Of a stretch of 64,000 nucleotides of DNA, positions 48,087-57,817 are shown piece after piece. How positions within the stretch are numbered: the first letter of the stretch is position 1; each line of letters opens with the position of its first letter. The notes below the pieces were generated by a model. It searched no databases, had not been told where the DNA came from, and saw only the letters and a program-made list of their open reading frames with translations. The stretch comes from an uncultured Pelagibacteraceae bacterium (GTDB lineage Bacteria > Pseudomonadota > Alphaproteobacteria > Pelagibacterales > Pelagibacteraceae): NCBI GenBank assembly GCA_902628635.1, contig CACONQ010000004.1, positions 48,082-112,081 on the forward strand, written 5' to 3'. The position numbers and the translations under genes are program-made.

Positions 48087-49706
48087 ATGTCTAGAGAAGT
48101 AATGGAATATGATGTTGTAATCGTTGGTGGTGGTCCATCAGGCTTGTCAACGGCAATAAAACTTAAACAATTAAATCCAGATATAAATGTTTGCATTCTA
48201 GAAAAAGCTGCTGAGATAGGTGCACATATTCTTTCAGGCAATGTTTTTGAGACTAGAGCTTTAGACGAGCTGATCCCGAATTGGAAAGAATTAAATTCGC
48301 CAATTAAAACAAAAGTAAAAAAAGAAAAATTTTTATTTCTTGGTAAAAATAAATCATTAAGTTGGCCAACATGGCTTTTACCTAAGGTTCAACAAAATCA
48401 CAAAAATTATATTATTAGTCTTGCAAACTTATGTAGATGGCTTGCTGAACAAGCAGAGGCACTTGGAGTGGAAATTTTTCCTGGATTTCCTGCGAGCGAA
48501 GTTATTTATAATGACGACGGATCTGTAAAGGGAGTTGCTACACAAGATATGGGAATTGATAAAGAAGGAAATAAAAAAGATAGTTTTGAATCTGGAATAG
48601 AGCTTCATGCTAAAGTAACTGTATTTGCTGAAGGCTGTAGAGGTCACCTAGGAAAAGAATTAATTAAAAAATTTGAATTAGATAAAGATAAAGATCCACA
48701 ACAATATGGAATTGGTTTTAAAGAAATTTGGGAAGTTGATGATACTAAGCATGATGAGGGATTAGTAATGCATACTGCTGGATGGCCATTGGACAATAAA
48801 ACATATGGTGGAAGTTTTATTTATCATGCTGAAAATAAACAAATATTTTTAGGATACGTTATTGGATTAGATTATCAAAACCCTCATTTATCTCCTTTCG
48901 ATGAATTCCAAAGATTCAAAACTCACCCTTCAATAAAAAAAATGATTGAGGGAGGAAAAAGAATTTCTTATGGCGCAAGGGCGCTCATAGAGGGTGGTTT
49001 ACAAAGTTTACCAAAAATGTATATGCCAGGTGCTTTACTTGTTGGTTGCGATGCAGGAACTTTAAACATGCCAAAAATAAAAGGTTCTCACACGGCAATG
49101 AAGAGTGGGATAATAGCTGCCGAGACCATTAACGAATTTATTAAAGATAATAAAGACCTATCAAGTTATGAGGAAAAATTCAAAAAAAGCTGGGTTTATG
49201 AAGAGTTACATGCGGCTAGAAACGTGAAACCGAGCTTTAGTTGGGGACTAATTTTAGGAATAATATTTACAGGAATTGATCAGATACTCTTTAGAGGCAA
49301 GTTACCATTTACTCTAAAACATAAACATGCCGACCACGAATGTTTGAAGCCTGCTAGTGAGATGCCTAAAATTGAATACCCAAAACCTGATAATAAAATA
49401 ACTTTTGATAAAACAAGTTCTGTTTATCTAACAGGAACAAATCATGCGGATAATCAACCAGTGCATTTAAAATTAAAAGATAAAGAATTACCAATTAAAT
49501 ACACTCTTGAAAAATTTGATGAGCCAGCACAAAGATATTGTCCAGCGGGAGTTTACGAAGTTCAAATAGAAAGCAACATACCAAAGTTTGTAATCAATGC
49601 ACAAAATTGTATTCATTGTAAAACTTGTGATATTAAAGAACCATCACAAAATATTACTTGGGTTACTCCAGAAGGTAGTGGTGGACCACGATATGGAAAT
49701 ATGTAA
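48087..49706 (+). CDS. ETF-ubiquinone oxidoreductase
   Basis: VGGGPSG, GAHILSG, EGCRG, KIKGSH, CPAGVYE...NCIHCKTCDIK 4Fe-4S motif. Confidence 0.96.
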   Translation: MSREVMEYDVVIVGGGPSGLSTAIKLKQLNPDINVCILEKAAEIGAHILSGNVFETRALDELIPNWKELNSPIKTKVKKEKFLFLGKNKSLSWPTWLLPKVQQNHKNYIISLANLCRWLAEQAEALGVEIFPGFPASEVIYNDDGSVKGVATQDMGIDKEGNKKDSFESGIELHAKVTVFAEGCRGHLGKELIKKFELDKDKDPQQYGIGFKEIWEVDDTKHDEGLVMHTAGWPLDNKTYGGSFIYHAENKQIFLGYVIGLDYQNPHLSPFDEFQRFKTHPSIKKMIEGGKRISYGARALIEGGLQSLPKMYMPGALLVGCDAGTLNMPKIKGSHTAMKSGIIAAETINEFIKDNKDLSSYEEKFKKSWVYEELHAARNVKPSFSWGLILGIIFTGIDQILFRGKLPFTLKHKHADHECLKPASEMPKIEYPKPDNKITFDKTSSVYLTGTNHADNQPVHLKLKDKELPIKYTLEKFDEPAQRYCPAGVYEVQIESNIPKFVINAQNCIHCKTCDIKEPSQNITWVTPEGSGGPRYGNM

Positions 49707-50081
49707 TTAAGAAAGATCTATTGCAAACTTTTTTAAAGTTTCAATTGGAATTAGTTTTAAAGTATTTTCGTGAGTTTTTTTTAAAAAGATTGGACAACCT
49801 TTTCCAGCCTCAACTGCTTTTGCATACCAACCTGCACAAACACACCAACTATCGCCATTTTTTAAACCAGGAAAGCCAAATTCAGGATGTGGGGTAATTA
49901 AATCGTTACCGGCTTGCTTGCACCATTCTAAAAATTCATCATTTACTTTTGCACAGACTGTATGTACTCCAGTATCGTTTTCATCTGTTTTACAACAACC
50001 ATCTCGATACCAACCAGTTAAAGGATCTAAAGAACAATCTTCTAAAACTTCACCCAAAACATTTTTCTGTTTATCAGACAT
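49707..50081 (-). CDS. DUF2237 family protein
   Basis: NVLGEVLEDCSLDPLTGWYRDGCC, GNDLITP, WCVCA. Confidence 0.88.
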   Translation of the reverse strand: MSDKQKNVLGEVLEDCSLDPLTGWYRDGCCKTDENDTGVHTVCAKVNDEFLEWCKQAGNDLITPHPEFGFPGLKNGDSWCVCAGWYAKAVEAGKGCPIFLKKTHENTLKLIPIETLKKFAIDLS

Positions 50082-50683
50082 TAAATAGTCTTTGAAATTT
50101 TTTTATCTACTTCGAGATTAAAAGAAAAAGATCTTCTTTCACCCTCAACTGAAAATGGATATGCAGTGTGCATTAAGTAATTAGGGAAAAGTATCATATC
50201 GCCAACCTTAGGCACATGGTTATGAATACTATTTGAAAGAAAAGATTTTTGTCCATTTATAAAATCTATTGTTCCATTTGTTTTAGTATTTTTTTTATTT
50301 TTAGTTAAATTTTTTGGAATTTTTAAATATCCAACACCTGATATATCTCCATCATGAAAATGAATTGGGTTATATTCATTTTTAAATTGTCTTACTACCC
50401 AAAAATTTTTTAATGTAATTTTATTTGTATTTTTGTTTGTTGATTTTTTAATGTATGAGGAAATATTTTTTAGTAGAAATTTTTTAATTACTTTATTAGT
50501 AAATTTATCTGATAATCTTATTTCTTGGTATACTTGTCCTACAACTTTTTTTGAGTAATCATTTTTCTTTGATAATTTTTTATTAAAAATTATCTTATCA
50601 ACTTCTAAATTAATTTTATTAATAATTTTTTTTGGGATTTTAACTTTTGCTAATGCTGGTCCAAATGGATTAAATACTTTCAT
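50081..50683 (-). CDS. Putative Fe(II)/2OG oxygenase (TIGR02466-like)
   Basis: EYNPIHFH, ISGVGYL, GDMILFPNYLMHTAYPF, ERRSFSFN. Confidence 0.75.
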   Translation of the reverse strand: MKVFNPFGPALAKVKIPKKIINKINLEVDKIIFNKKLSKKNDYSKKVVGQVYQEIRLSDKFTNKVIKKFLLKNISSYIKKSTNKNTNKITLKNFWVVRQFKNEYNPIHFHDGDISGVGYLKIPKNLTKNKKNTKTNGTIDFINGQKSFLSNSIHNHVPKVGDMILFPNYLMHTAYPFSVEGERRSFSFNLEVDKKISKTI

Positions 50684-50685
50684 TT

Positions 50686-51153
50686 TTAAATTTTTGTGGG
50701 ATTAGGCTGATCTTTATATACTTTTTCTGGATCAAATTTTTTTTGTTTTTCTTCAAAATTCATTTTTATGTTTCTTGCATTATCTATTTTTCCAAGCGGT
50801 ATAGATCTATAAAAACAAGATCTATATCCAACATGGCAACTTGACCCATCTCCAATATCAACACTTAACCACACAGAATCTTGATCATCGTCAATTCTAA
50901 TTTCTTTTATTTTTTGAACAAATCCACTTGTTTTACCTTTATGCCAAATTTGTTTTCTCGATCTACTCCAATAGTGTGCTTCTTTTGTTTCTATTGAGAG
51001 TTTAAGAGCTTCAACATTCATAAATCCATGCATTAAGATTTCTTTGGTTTTTGCGCAAGTTGTCACAACAGGGATCAAGCCGTCATTATCAAATTTTGGT
51101 GATAATAGGCTACCTTCCTCTATTTCAGCGACATTTTCTCTTTTTTTAAACAT
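50686..51153 (-). CDS. hisI: Phosphoribosyl-AMP cyclohydrolase
   Basis: GLIPVV, YWSRSR, WHKGKTSG, DDDQD, CHVGYRSCFYR. Confidence 0.95.
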   Translation of the reverse strand: MFKKRENVAEIEEGSLLSPKFDNDGLIPVVTTCAKTKEILMHGFMNVEALKLSIETKEAHYWSRSRKQIWHKGKTSGFVQKIKEIRIDDDQDSVWLSVDIGDGSSCHVGYRSCFYRSIPLGKIDNARNIKMNFEEKQKKFDPEKVYKDQPNPTKI

Positions 51154-51229
51154 TTTAAAGATTTTTTAACATATTAAAAAATATAATAAACATTTTAAAA
51201 TAATATAATTAATATATAAATTTCACTTT

Positions 51230-51829
51230 ATGAAGTTAGTTAAAAATCAAAACGAGAAACAAGAAAAAGTTACAGACGAAGAAGCTAGAGAAGCATTCGT
51301 AAAAATTCTTAAATGGATAGGAGAAGACCCAACAAGAGAGGGGTTGTTAGAGACACCGAAAAGGGTAACTAAGGCATTCAAAGAATATTTTAAAGGATAC
51401 CATGAAGATCCAAAAGAAATATTAAATAAAACTTTTGGTGACGTTGAAGGTTATAGCGATATGGTTGTTCAAAAAAATATATCAGTACAAAGTCATTGCG
51501 AACATCACATGGCACCTATAATTGGTATTGCGCATGTTGCATATATTCCAAATCAAAGAGTGGTAGGGCTCAGTAAAATTGCCAGAGTAGTAGAAGTGTT
51601 CTCAAAAAGATTACAAACTCAAGAAAGATTAACGGTCCAAATAGCAAATACATTAATGGAAGCATTAGATGCCAAAGGAGTTGCTGTAACAATAGATTCA
51701 ACCCATCAGTGTATGACTATGAGAGGCATTAAAAAGGAACAAGCAACAACCGTAACAAACTTTTATTTAGGTCAATTTAGAGACGATTTAAGTTATCAAA
51801 ATAGATATTTGAGATTTATCGCAAAATAA
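51230..51829 (+). CDS. folE: GTP cyclohydrolase I
   Basis: REGLLETPKRV, SHCEHH, GLSKIAR, RLQTQER, HQCMTMRG. Confidence 0.97.
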   Translation: MKLVKNQNEKQEKVTDEEAREAFVKILKWIGEDPTREGLLETPKRVTKAFKEYFKGYHEDPKEILNKTFGDVEGYSDMVVQKNISVQSHCEHHMAPIIGIAHVAYIPNQRVVGLSKIARVVEVFSKRLQTQERLTVQIANTLMEALDAKGVAVTIDSTHQCMTMRGIKKEQATTVTNFYLGQFRDDLSYQNRYLRFIAK

Positions 51830-51844
51830 TATTAATTAACAGAA

Positions 51845-52849
51845 ATGTCAGATAAATTTAAAGCCTTGGTTTTAAACCAAGAGGGTGAAAATTTTACTAG
51901 GGAAGTAAAGGAGTTAGATAAAAGTTTTTTAAAACATGGGGATGTTACTGTTAAAGTAGACTACTCAAGTTTAAATTATAAAGATGCACTAATTTTAAAA
52001 AATGGTGCAAGATTAGTCAAAGAATTTCCACATATTCCAGGTATTGATTTCTCAGGTACGGTTGTTGAAAGTCAAAATCAAAAATTTAAAGAAGGCGATG
52101 AAATAATTCTTACAGGATGGAGAGTAGGCGAGATTTATTTTGGAGGCTACTCTCAATACGCAAAAGTCAATGGAGAATTTCTAGTTAAAAAACCTAAATC
52201 TCTTACATTCAAACAAGCGATGATATTAGGAACTGCAGGGTTTACTGCTTTACAATGTGCTTTTACTACAAAACAAACTAGAGAAGTTTTATTACTTGGA
52301 GAGAAAGTTCAAGATGTTTTAGTTACTGGAGCATCAGGTGGGGTAGGAAGTATTGCAACAATGATTTTAAGTAAATTAGGATGTAATGTAACTGCTGTTA
52401 CAGGCAAGGATAGTAACAAAGAGTATTTAAAATCAATTGGTGCTAAAAATGTAATAAATACAAGTGAATTAGACAAAGAAGCAAGGCCATTAGATAAAGG
52501 TATTTATGATGGAGCAGTCGATACAGTTGGCGGGAATGTTTTATCAAATGTTTTATCCCATGTTAAAGATGCCGGAATTGTAGCAGCTTGTGGAAATGCA
52601 TCAGGAATAAAATTAAATACCACAGTAATGCCATTTATTATAAGAGGTGTAAAGCTTTGGGGTATAAACTCTGTTACAGCATCAATTAAAAGAAGAGAAT
52701 TTTTGTGGGGGGAAGTAGAAAAACTAGTTGATTTTGCTTTGCTTGAAAAATCTATAAAAGAGGTAAGTCTTGGCGAATTAATTGATGTTTACCCAAAAAT
52801 GTTACAAGGGAAAACATCAGGAAGATATATCGTCAATTTAAACAAATAA
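51845..52849 (+). CDS. acuI: Acryloyl-CoA reductase (AcuI/YhdH family)
   Basis: YSSLNYKDAL, PGIDFSG, GTAGFTA, VTGASGGVGS, VDTVGG, PFIIRGVKLWGINSV. Confidence 0.88.
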   Translation: MSDKFKALVLNQEGENFTREVKELDKSFLKHGDVTVKVDYSSLNYKDALILKNGARLVKEFPHIPGIDFSGTVVESQNQKFKEGDEIILTGWRVGEIYFGGYSQYAKVNGEFLVKKPKSLTFKQAMILGTAGFTALQCAFTTKQTREVLLLGEKVQDVLVTGASGGVGSIATMILSKLGCNVTAVTGKDSNKEYLKSIGAKNVINTSELDKEARPLDKGIYDGAVDTVGGNVLSNVLSHVKDAGIVAACGNASGIKLNTTVMPFIIRGVKLWGINSVTASIKRREFLWGEVEKLVDFALLEKSIKEVSLGELIDVYPKMLQGKTSGRYIVNLNK

Positions 52850-53739
52850 TGGATTGGGATAAATTAAAAATTTTTCACGCTGTTGCTGAAGCAGGGAGTT
52901 TTACAAGTGCCACAGTAAATCTAAATCTAAGTCAATCAGCAATTAGTAGACAAATTCAATCTCTTGAGGAAGATTTAAAAGTAAAATTATTTGAAAGACA
53001 TGCGAGAGGACTTACTTTAACCGAAAATGGTGAATATGTTTTCAAAACTGCTCATGAAGTGATTAGTAAATTAAAAGAAGTTGAAACATCTCTTTCAGAT
53101 CAAAAAAATCATCCAACAGGCAAAATTACAATCACAACAGTTAGAAGTTTTGGAACTCACTGGCTAACACCTAGAATCCAAGAATTTATGCAACTCCATT
53201 CAGAAATCGAGGTTGAGTTAATTTTTGATGATAAAGAATTAGATTTAAGCACTCGACAAGCAGATATTGGAATTTTTATGAGAAGACCTAAACAGCTTAA
53301 TTATATTCAAAAGAAGCTAATAGATATTAATTATCATATTTATGGATCTACTAAGTATTTGGAAAAACATGGTATGCCAAAAACTGTATCAGATTTAAAT
53401 AGGCACAGATTTATTTCATTTGGAAAGGGAACTCCTTCTCCTGTATATAATCCAGATTGGGCTCTTAAAATAGGCATGAAAGACAACAAAAAAAGAAAGT
53501 CTATAATGAAAGTAAATAGCGTTATGGGCTTATTATTAGCAGTGGAAAGTGGTGTTGGATTGGCTGCACTACCAGACTATTTAAGTTATCAATCAAAAAA
53601 CATTATTAAAGTTTTACCCAAAATAGAGGGGCCAATCACCGAGGCTCATTTTGTTTATCCACAATCAATGAAAAACGTAGCTAGGGTTCAAGCTTTTAGA
53701 AATTTTCTATATAGCAAGATTTCAGAGTGGGAATTCTAG
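52849..53739 (+). CDS. LysR-type regulator, LsrB/VtlR-like
   Basis: MDWDKLKIFHAVAEAGSFT...LSQSAISRQI...LFERHARGL, the pattern of the conserved alphaproteobacterial LsrB/VtlR group. Confidence 0.85.
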   Translation: MDWDKLKIFHAVAEAGSFTSATVNLNLSQSAISRQIQSLEEDLKVKLFERHARGLTLTENGEYVFKTAHEVISKLKEVETSLSDQKNHPTGKITITTVRSFGTHWLTPRIQEFMQLHSEIEVELIFDDKELDLSTRQADIGIFMRRPKQLNYIQKKLIDINYHIYGSTKYLEKHGMPKTVSDLNRHRFISFGKGTPSPVYNPDWALKIGMKDNKKRKSIMKVNSVMGLLLAVESGVGLAALPDYLSYQSKNIIKVLPKIEGPITEAHFVYPQSMKNVARVQAFRNFLYSKISEWEF

Positions 53740-53772
53740 TAAATAATAGATAGGGTGCGACACCCTTGCAAT

Positions 53773-53803
53773 TGATAATCATTATCATTGCGAATAGTTA
53801 TCA
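53773..53803 (+). promoter_or_regulatory. Tandem Fur boxes upstream of the Fe(III)-binding protein gene
   Basis: Perfect 7-1-7 palindrome TGATAAT-C-ATTATCA (53773-53787) followed by degenerate TGCGAAT-A-GTTATCA (53789-53803). Confidence 0.85.
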
Positions 53804-53843
53804 ATACTAACGTAATATATATATATACAAATAGGAGATATAA

Positions 53844-54872
53844 ATGAGAAAAATAATAGTTTCTTCATTGATTACAATTTTGTTTGCATCATCTTTTGCG
53901 ATTGCAAATGAGGTAAATGTATTTAATGCAAGACATTATAAAGCAGATGGAGAGCTTTATAGTAAGTTTACTAACAAGACCGGAATAAAAGTTAATCTTA
54001 TAAACGGTAAATCAGGTGCTTTGGAAAAAAGAATACTTGAAGAGGGTGCTGATGCAACTGCAGACCTTTACATTACAGCAGACGCTGGAAGATGTGGAGC
54101 TATGGATGCAAAAGGTGCGCTTCAAGGTGGTTTAACTTCAAAAGCTATTAGCGCTGCTGTTCCAAAAAGCTTTAGAACAAGCAAATGGGTTGGTATCGCA
54201 AAAAGAGCGAGAATAATTTATTATTCACCTGAAAGAGTTACTGGTGCTGAGTTATCTGGAATGACTTACGAAGGTTTAGCAGATCCTAAATGGAAAGGCA
54301 GACTTGTAATAAGAAAATCTAGTAACATCTACAACAAATCACTTGTAGCATCATTGATTAAAAACAATGGAAAAGCTGCAACAGCTGCATGGGCTGAAGG
54401 CGTTGTTGCTAATATGGCAAGAACACCAACAGGTAATGACAGAGCACAGATCATGGCAGTTGCTGCTGGTGAGGCTGATATTGCTGTAGCAAATACTTAC
54501 TACTTAGCACTTATGTTATCTGGTAAAAAAGGTGCGGAACAACAAGAAGCCGCTAAAAAAGTTAAAGCTTTTTTCCCTAATCAAAATGATAGAGGAACGC
54601 ACATGAATGTAAGTTGTGCAGCTTTAGTTAAAGGCGCGCCTAATAAAGATAATGCCGTTAAACTTGTAGAGTTTTTATTAACTCCAGAATCTCAAGAGCA
54701 TTTTACAAATAACACTTTTGAGTTTCCAATGATTGATGGCGTTTCACCAAGTCCATTAGTAGTTAACAACTTAGGATTAGATTTCAAACAAGATATGAAA
54801 ACTAAGCTGTCTTCTTATGGTAAAAACCAAGCTGCTGCAGTAGAAGTTATGACAGCCGCAGGTTGGAAATAA
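53844..54872 (+). CDS. sfuC: Fe(III) ABC transporter substrate-binding protein (FutA/FbpA type; sfuC in Pelagibacter usage)
   Basis: ARHY, RARII, NIYNKSL, GNDRAQI, ANTYY tyrosine iron ligands; Fur boxes upstream. Confidence 0.92.
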   Translation: MRKIIVSSLITILFASSFAIANEVNVFNARHYKADGELYSKFTNKTGIKVNLINGKSGALEKRILEEGADATADLYITADAGRCGAMDAKGALQGGLTSKAISAAVPKSFRTSKWVGIAKRARIIYYSPERVTGAELSGMTYEGLADPKWKGRLVIRKSSNIYNKSLVASLIKNNGKAATAAWAEGVVANMARTPTGNDRAQIMAVAAGEADIAVANTYYLALMLSGKKGAEQQEAAKKVKAFFPNQNDRGTHMNVSCAALVKGAPNKDNAVKLVEFLLTPESQEHFTNNTFEFPMIDGVSPSPLVVNNLGLDFKQDMKTKLSSYGKNQAAAVEVMTAAGWK

Positions 54873-54876
54873 TTGG

Positions 54877-55047
54877 ATGAATAAAAAGAATTTATTTGAA
54901 GTTGATTTAAATAAATCTTCTAAGGCATGCGATCCGTGTGCTTTAGAGTGTAAAAAAATCGATGAAAAAATAAATAACAGAAAATTGTCTGAACTCAAAA
55001 ATGATGAGGTTGCACATATCCTAAAAATTTTTGAAGATAAAGAGTAA
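54877..55047 (+). CDS. 56-aa CxxCxxxC micro-protein inside the iron-uptake operon, not in ORF track
   Basis: MNKKNLFEVDLNKSSKACDPCALECKKIDEKINNRKLSELKNDEVAHILKIFEDKE; starts 4 nt after the SBP stop. Confidence 0.65.
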   Translation: MNKKNLFEVDLNKSSKACDPCALECKKIDEKINNRKLSELKNDEVAHILKIFEDKE

Positions 55048-55057
55048 TTTTCTCATA

Positions 55058-55136
55058 TAAGTGTCCGTGGTTACTTGGTATTACCCCCTTTTAATCGCGG
55101 GCACTTAATATTATAAGGGGTAAGGGTAATATCTTG
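55058..55136 (+). promoter_or_regulatory. Predicted structured RNA (16-bp stem plus loop-RBS pseudoknot) before the Fe permease
   Basis: 55058-55073 pairs with 55092-55107 including G-U pairs; loop GGUAUUACCC (55077-55086) is complementary to GGGUAAUAUC (55124-55133), which abuts the TTG start. Confidence 0.6.
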
Positions 55137-56759
55137 ACAAAAAAATTAAATATCTGGTTTTTACTATCCCTTTTAATCTCAGTAATTGTTTGTATTCCTA
55201 TTCTAACTGTCTTCATAAGCTTTTTTGAAAACACTTCAAATTATTACGAAATATTAAAAGAAACCTTTTTAATAGAATATATTTTAAATTCTTTTACTCT
55301 TCTAGTATCGGTTTTAATATTTACATTAATATTAGGAACTGGAACTGCTTATTTAGTATCTTTTTTTAAATTTCCTTTAAGTAATTTCTTTAAATGGGCA
55401 TTGATATTATCTTTTGCAGTTCCACCATATATTTACGCATATTCTTTAACAGCTTTTTTTGACAATTATGGAACAGCATTTACGATTTTAACAAATTTAT
55501 TTGGTGAGGGAAATTATAATAAAAATATTCCAAAATTTGATGGAATGATTGGTGCAATTTTATCCATGACCTTCTCCCTTTTTGCCTACGTCTACATATT
55601 ATCGAGGGCATCATTTTTATATCAATCTCAAAACCTCATTGATTTAGGTAAAAATCTCGGTTTTTCAAAATTTCAATCGTTCTATAATATTATATTACCA
55701 GGAGCTAGACCCGCAATAATTGCTGGCCTATCTCTTGTGGCCATGGAGACATTAGCAGAATTTGGTGCAGTAGATTTTTTTTCTATAAACACTTTAACAA
55801 CGGGCATATATAATTCTTGGATTGCTTTTGATGATCTTGCATTTGCAAATAGAATAGCTTCATTTCTACTACTTTTTATATTTTCATTATTCATTATAGA
55901 AAATTTATCTAGAAAAAAAGCAAAATATCATTTTAATATTAAAGGAGGGTTTAAACAAAAAGAAAAATTAGAACTTAATGGTTATAAATCTTTTTGTGCA
56001 TTTATTTTCTGTTTTTTTGTTTTTTTTATGAGTTTTCTATTTCCATTGAGCCAAATGCTTTATTGGACAATAAAGTTTCCTGAAAATTTATTTGATTTAC
56101 AAGTTGTCACTCTTTTACTTAATACACTTTACTTAGCTTTATTATCCAGTCTAGTATTAATAATATTCTCATTGATATCAAATTATGGAAATAGAGTTTC
56201 AAATAATAAAGCACTTAACATAATGTCAACTTTATCAATTTCAGGTTATGCGATACCAGGCGTAATACTAGCGGTAGCTTTTATAACTTTTATTGCGTGG
56301 TTCGATAATCAGATAATTAAATCACTAGGCTTTTTGTCAATTAAAAAAATATTTATAGGTTCAGTATTAGGTTTAGTAATAGTTTATTTTATTAGATTTT
56401 ATTCTTTAGCATTTAATGGAATTAAATCTGGTTATGAAAAAATAAATATTGCTGTTGATGAAAGTGCCTATTTACTTGGCTACTCAAAAAGAAAAACTTT
56501 TATGAATATTCATGTTCCATATTTGAGAAATTCACTTTTGTTTATAATAATATTAATTTCATTAGAAATTATAAGAGAGCTACCTATTACTTTAATTTTA
56601 AGACCATTTAATTTTGAAACTTTTGCCACTACAGCATATATTTCAGCATCAGAGGATTTGCTCGAGGCCGCTGCGGTGCCATCACTATTTTTAATATTAA
56701 TTGCTTCAATCTTTATTATAATTGCTTCAAAATATATTTTAAGGGAAACGAATGAGTAA
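55134..56759 (+). CDS. sfuB: Fe(III) ABC transporter permease
   Basis: AVPPYIYAY, METLAEFG, GYAIPG, RELPITLILRPFNFET; two-repeat permease; TTG start. Confidence 0.92.
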   Translation: MTKKLNIWFLLSLLISVIVCIPILTVFISFFENTSNYYEILKETFLIEYILNSFTLLVSVLIFTLILGTGTAYLVSFFKFPLSNFFKWALILSFAVPPYIYAYSLTAFFDNYGTAFTILTNLFGEGNYNKNIPKFDGMIGAILSMTFSLFAYVYILSRASFLYQSQNLIDLGKNLGFSKFQSFYNIILPGARPAIIAGLSLVAMETLAEFGAVDFFSINTLTTGIYNSWIAFDDLAFANRIASFLLLFIFSLFIIENLSRKKAKYHFNIKGGFKQKEKLELNGYKSFCAFIFCFFVFFMSFLFPLSQMLYWTIKFPENLFDLQVVTLLLNTLYLALLSSLVLIIFSLISNYGNRVSNNKALNIMSTLSISGYAIPGVILAVAFITFIAWFDNQIIKSLGFLSIKKIFIGSVLGLVIVYFIRFYSLAFNGIKSGYEKINIAVDESAYLLGYSKRKTFMNIHVPYLRNSLLFIIILISLEIIRELPITLILRPFNFETFATTAYISASEDLLEAAAVPSLFLILIASIFIIIASKYILRETNE

Positions 56760-57813
56760 TAATTTCTTTGAAGTTTCAAATGTTGATTTTATTGCAGGCG
56801 GTGAAACAAAAGTCCGTAATGTATCTTTTAAAATTCAGAAAGAAGGAGACATTGTATGTCTTTTGGGACCATCAGGAATTGGTAAGACAACAATATTAAG
56901 AACTATAGCTGGATTACAGAAAATAAAAAATGGTGATATTAAATTAAAAAATAAAATTATTTCATCTAAAGATATTAACGTTGAACCAGAAAATAGAAAT
57001 ATATCTTTAGCTTTTCAGGAAAATAGTTTATTTCCACATTACACTGTAGAGAAAAATATTTTGTTAGGAGCTGAAAAGAATAAGGGTAAAAGAAATCAAC
57101 AATTGAGCTTAAAACAAATTGTAGATTTACTGGATATTACAGAAATATTAAACCACTATCCTCATCAAATAAGCGCTGGTGAGGCACAAAGAGCCTCGCT
57201 TGCAAGATCTCTTTTAACACAACCAGATCTTTTACTATTAGATGAACCGTTATCAAATGTTGACCAAAACTTTAAAGAAGAAATTCAAGTAAAACTGAAG
57301 CATATTTTAAAGTCTTTAAAGATCACTACAATAATAGTAACGCACGATTCATATGAAGCTTTCTATTTGGGATCAAAATGTGGAATAATTTTAAATCATG
57401 AACTTAAACAATTCGATGACCCCTACAAAGTTTATCATTTACCAAACTCAATAGAAGTCGTTAACTTTTTAAACAGAGGCGCATTAATACCTGCAAAAAT
57501 ATCCAGCCCAAAAAGCTTAGAAAGTGAAGAGTTAGGAACAATCACAGGAAATTTTACAAAACCATTACCAAATGGAACAAATGTAAAACTTTTGTTACAA
57601 CCAGATGATCTTCAGCATGACGATAAAAGTAACTTAAAGCTAGAAGTGGTTGATATAAAGTTTAGAGGAACAAGTTTTATATATACACTAAAAACACCAA
57701 ATAATATGTTACTACCTATTTTGGTCCATTCACATCATATTCATCAACATGAAATAGGTGATAAATTTGGTATTAAGAGACCAATTCATATTGAACATGT
57801 AGTCTGTTTCTAG
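56752..57813 (+). CDS. sfuA: Fe(III) ABC transporter ATP-binding subunit
   Basis: GPSGIGKTT, LFPHYTV, LLLDEPLSN, VTHD. Confidence 0.9.
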   Translation: MSNNFFEVSNVDFIAGGETKVRNVSFKIQKEGDIVCLLGPSGIGKTTILRTIAGLQKIKNGDIKLKNKIISSKDINVEPENRNISLAFQENSLFPHYTVEKNILLGAEKNKGKRNQQLSLKQIVDLLDITEILNHYPHQISAGEAQRASLARSLLTQPDLLLLDEPLSNVDQNFKEEIQVKLKHILKSLKITTIIVTHDSYEAFYLGSKCGIILNHELKQFDDPYKVYHLPNSIEVVNFLNRGALIPAKISSPKSLESEELGTITGNFTKPLPNGTNVKLLLQPDDLQHDDKSNLKLEVVDIKFRGTSFIYTLKTPNNMLLPILVHSHHIHQHEIGDKFGIKRPIHIEHVVCF

Positions 57814-57817
57814 AATT

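Noticed and set aside
53752-53766. Hairpin AGGGTG-CGA-CACCCT as a separate ncRNA or terminator
   Set aside because: Only 6 bp with no U-tract; too weak to call.
54777-54998. 73-aa minus-strand ORF over the SBP end
   Set aside because: Antisense to the SBP gene and to the better-placed plus-strand CxxCxxxC ORF.
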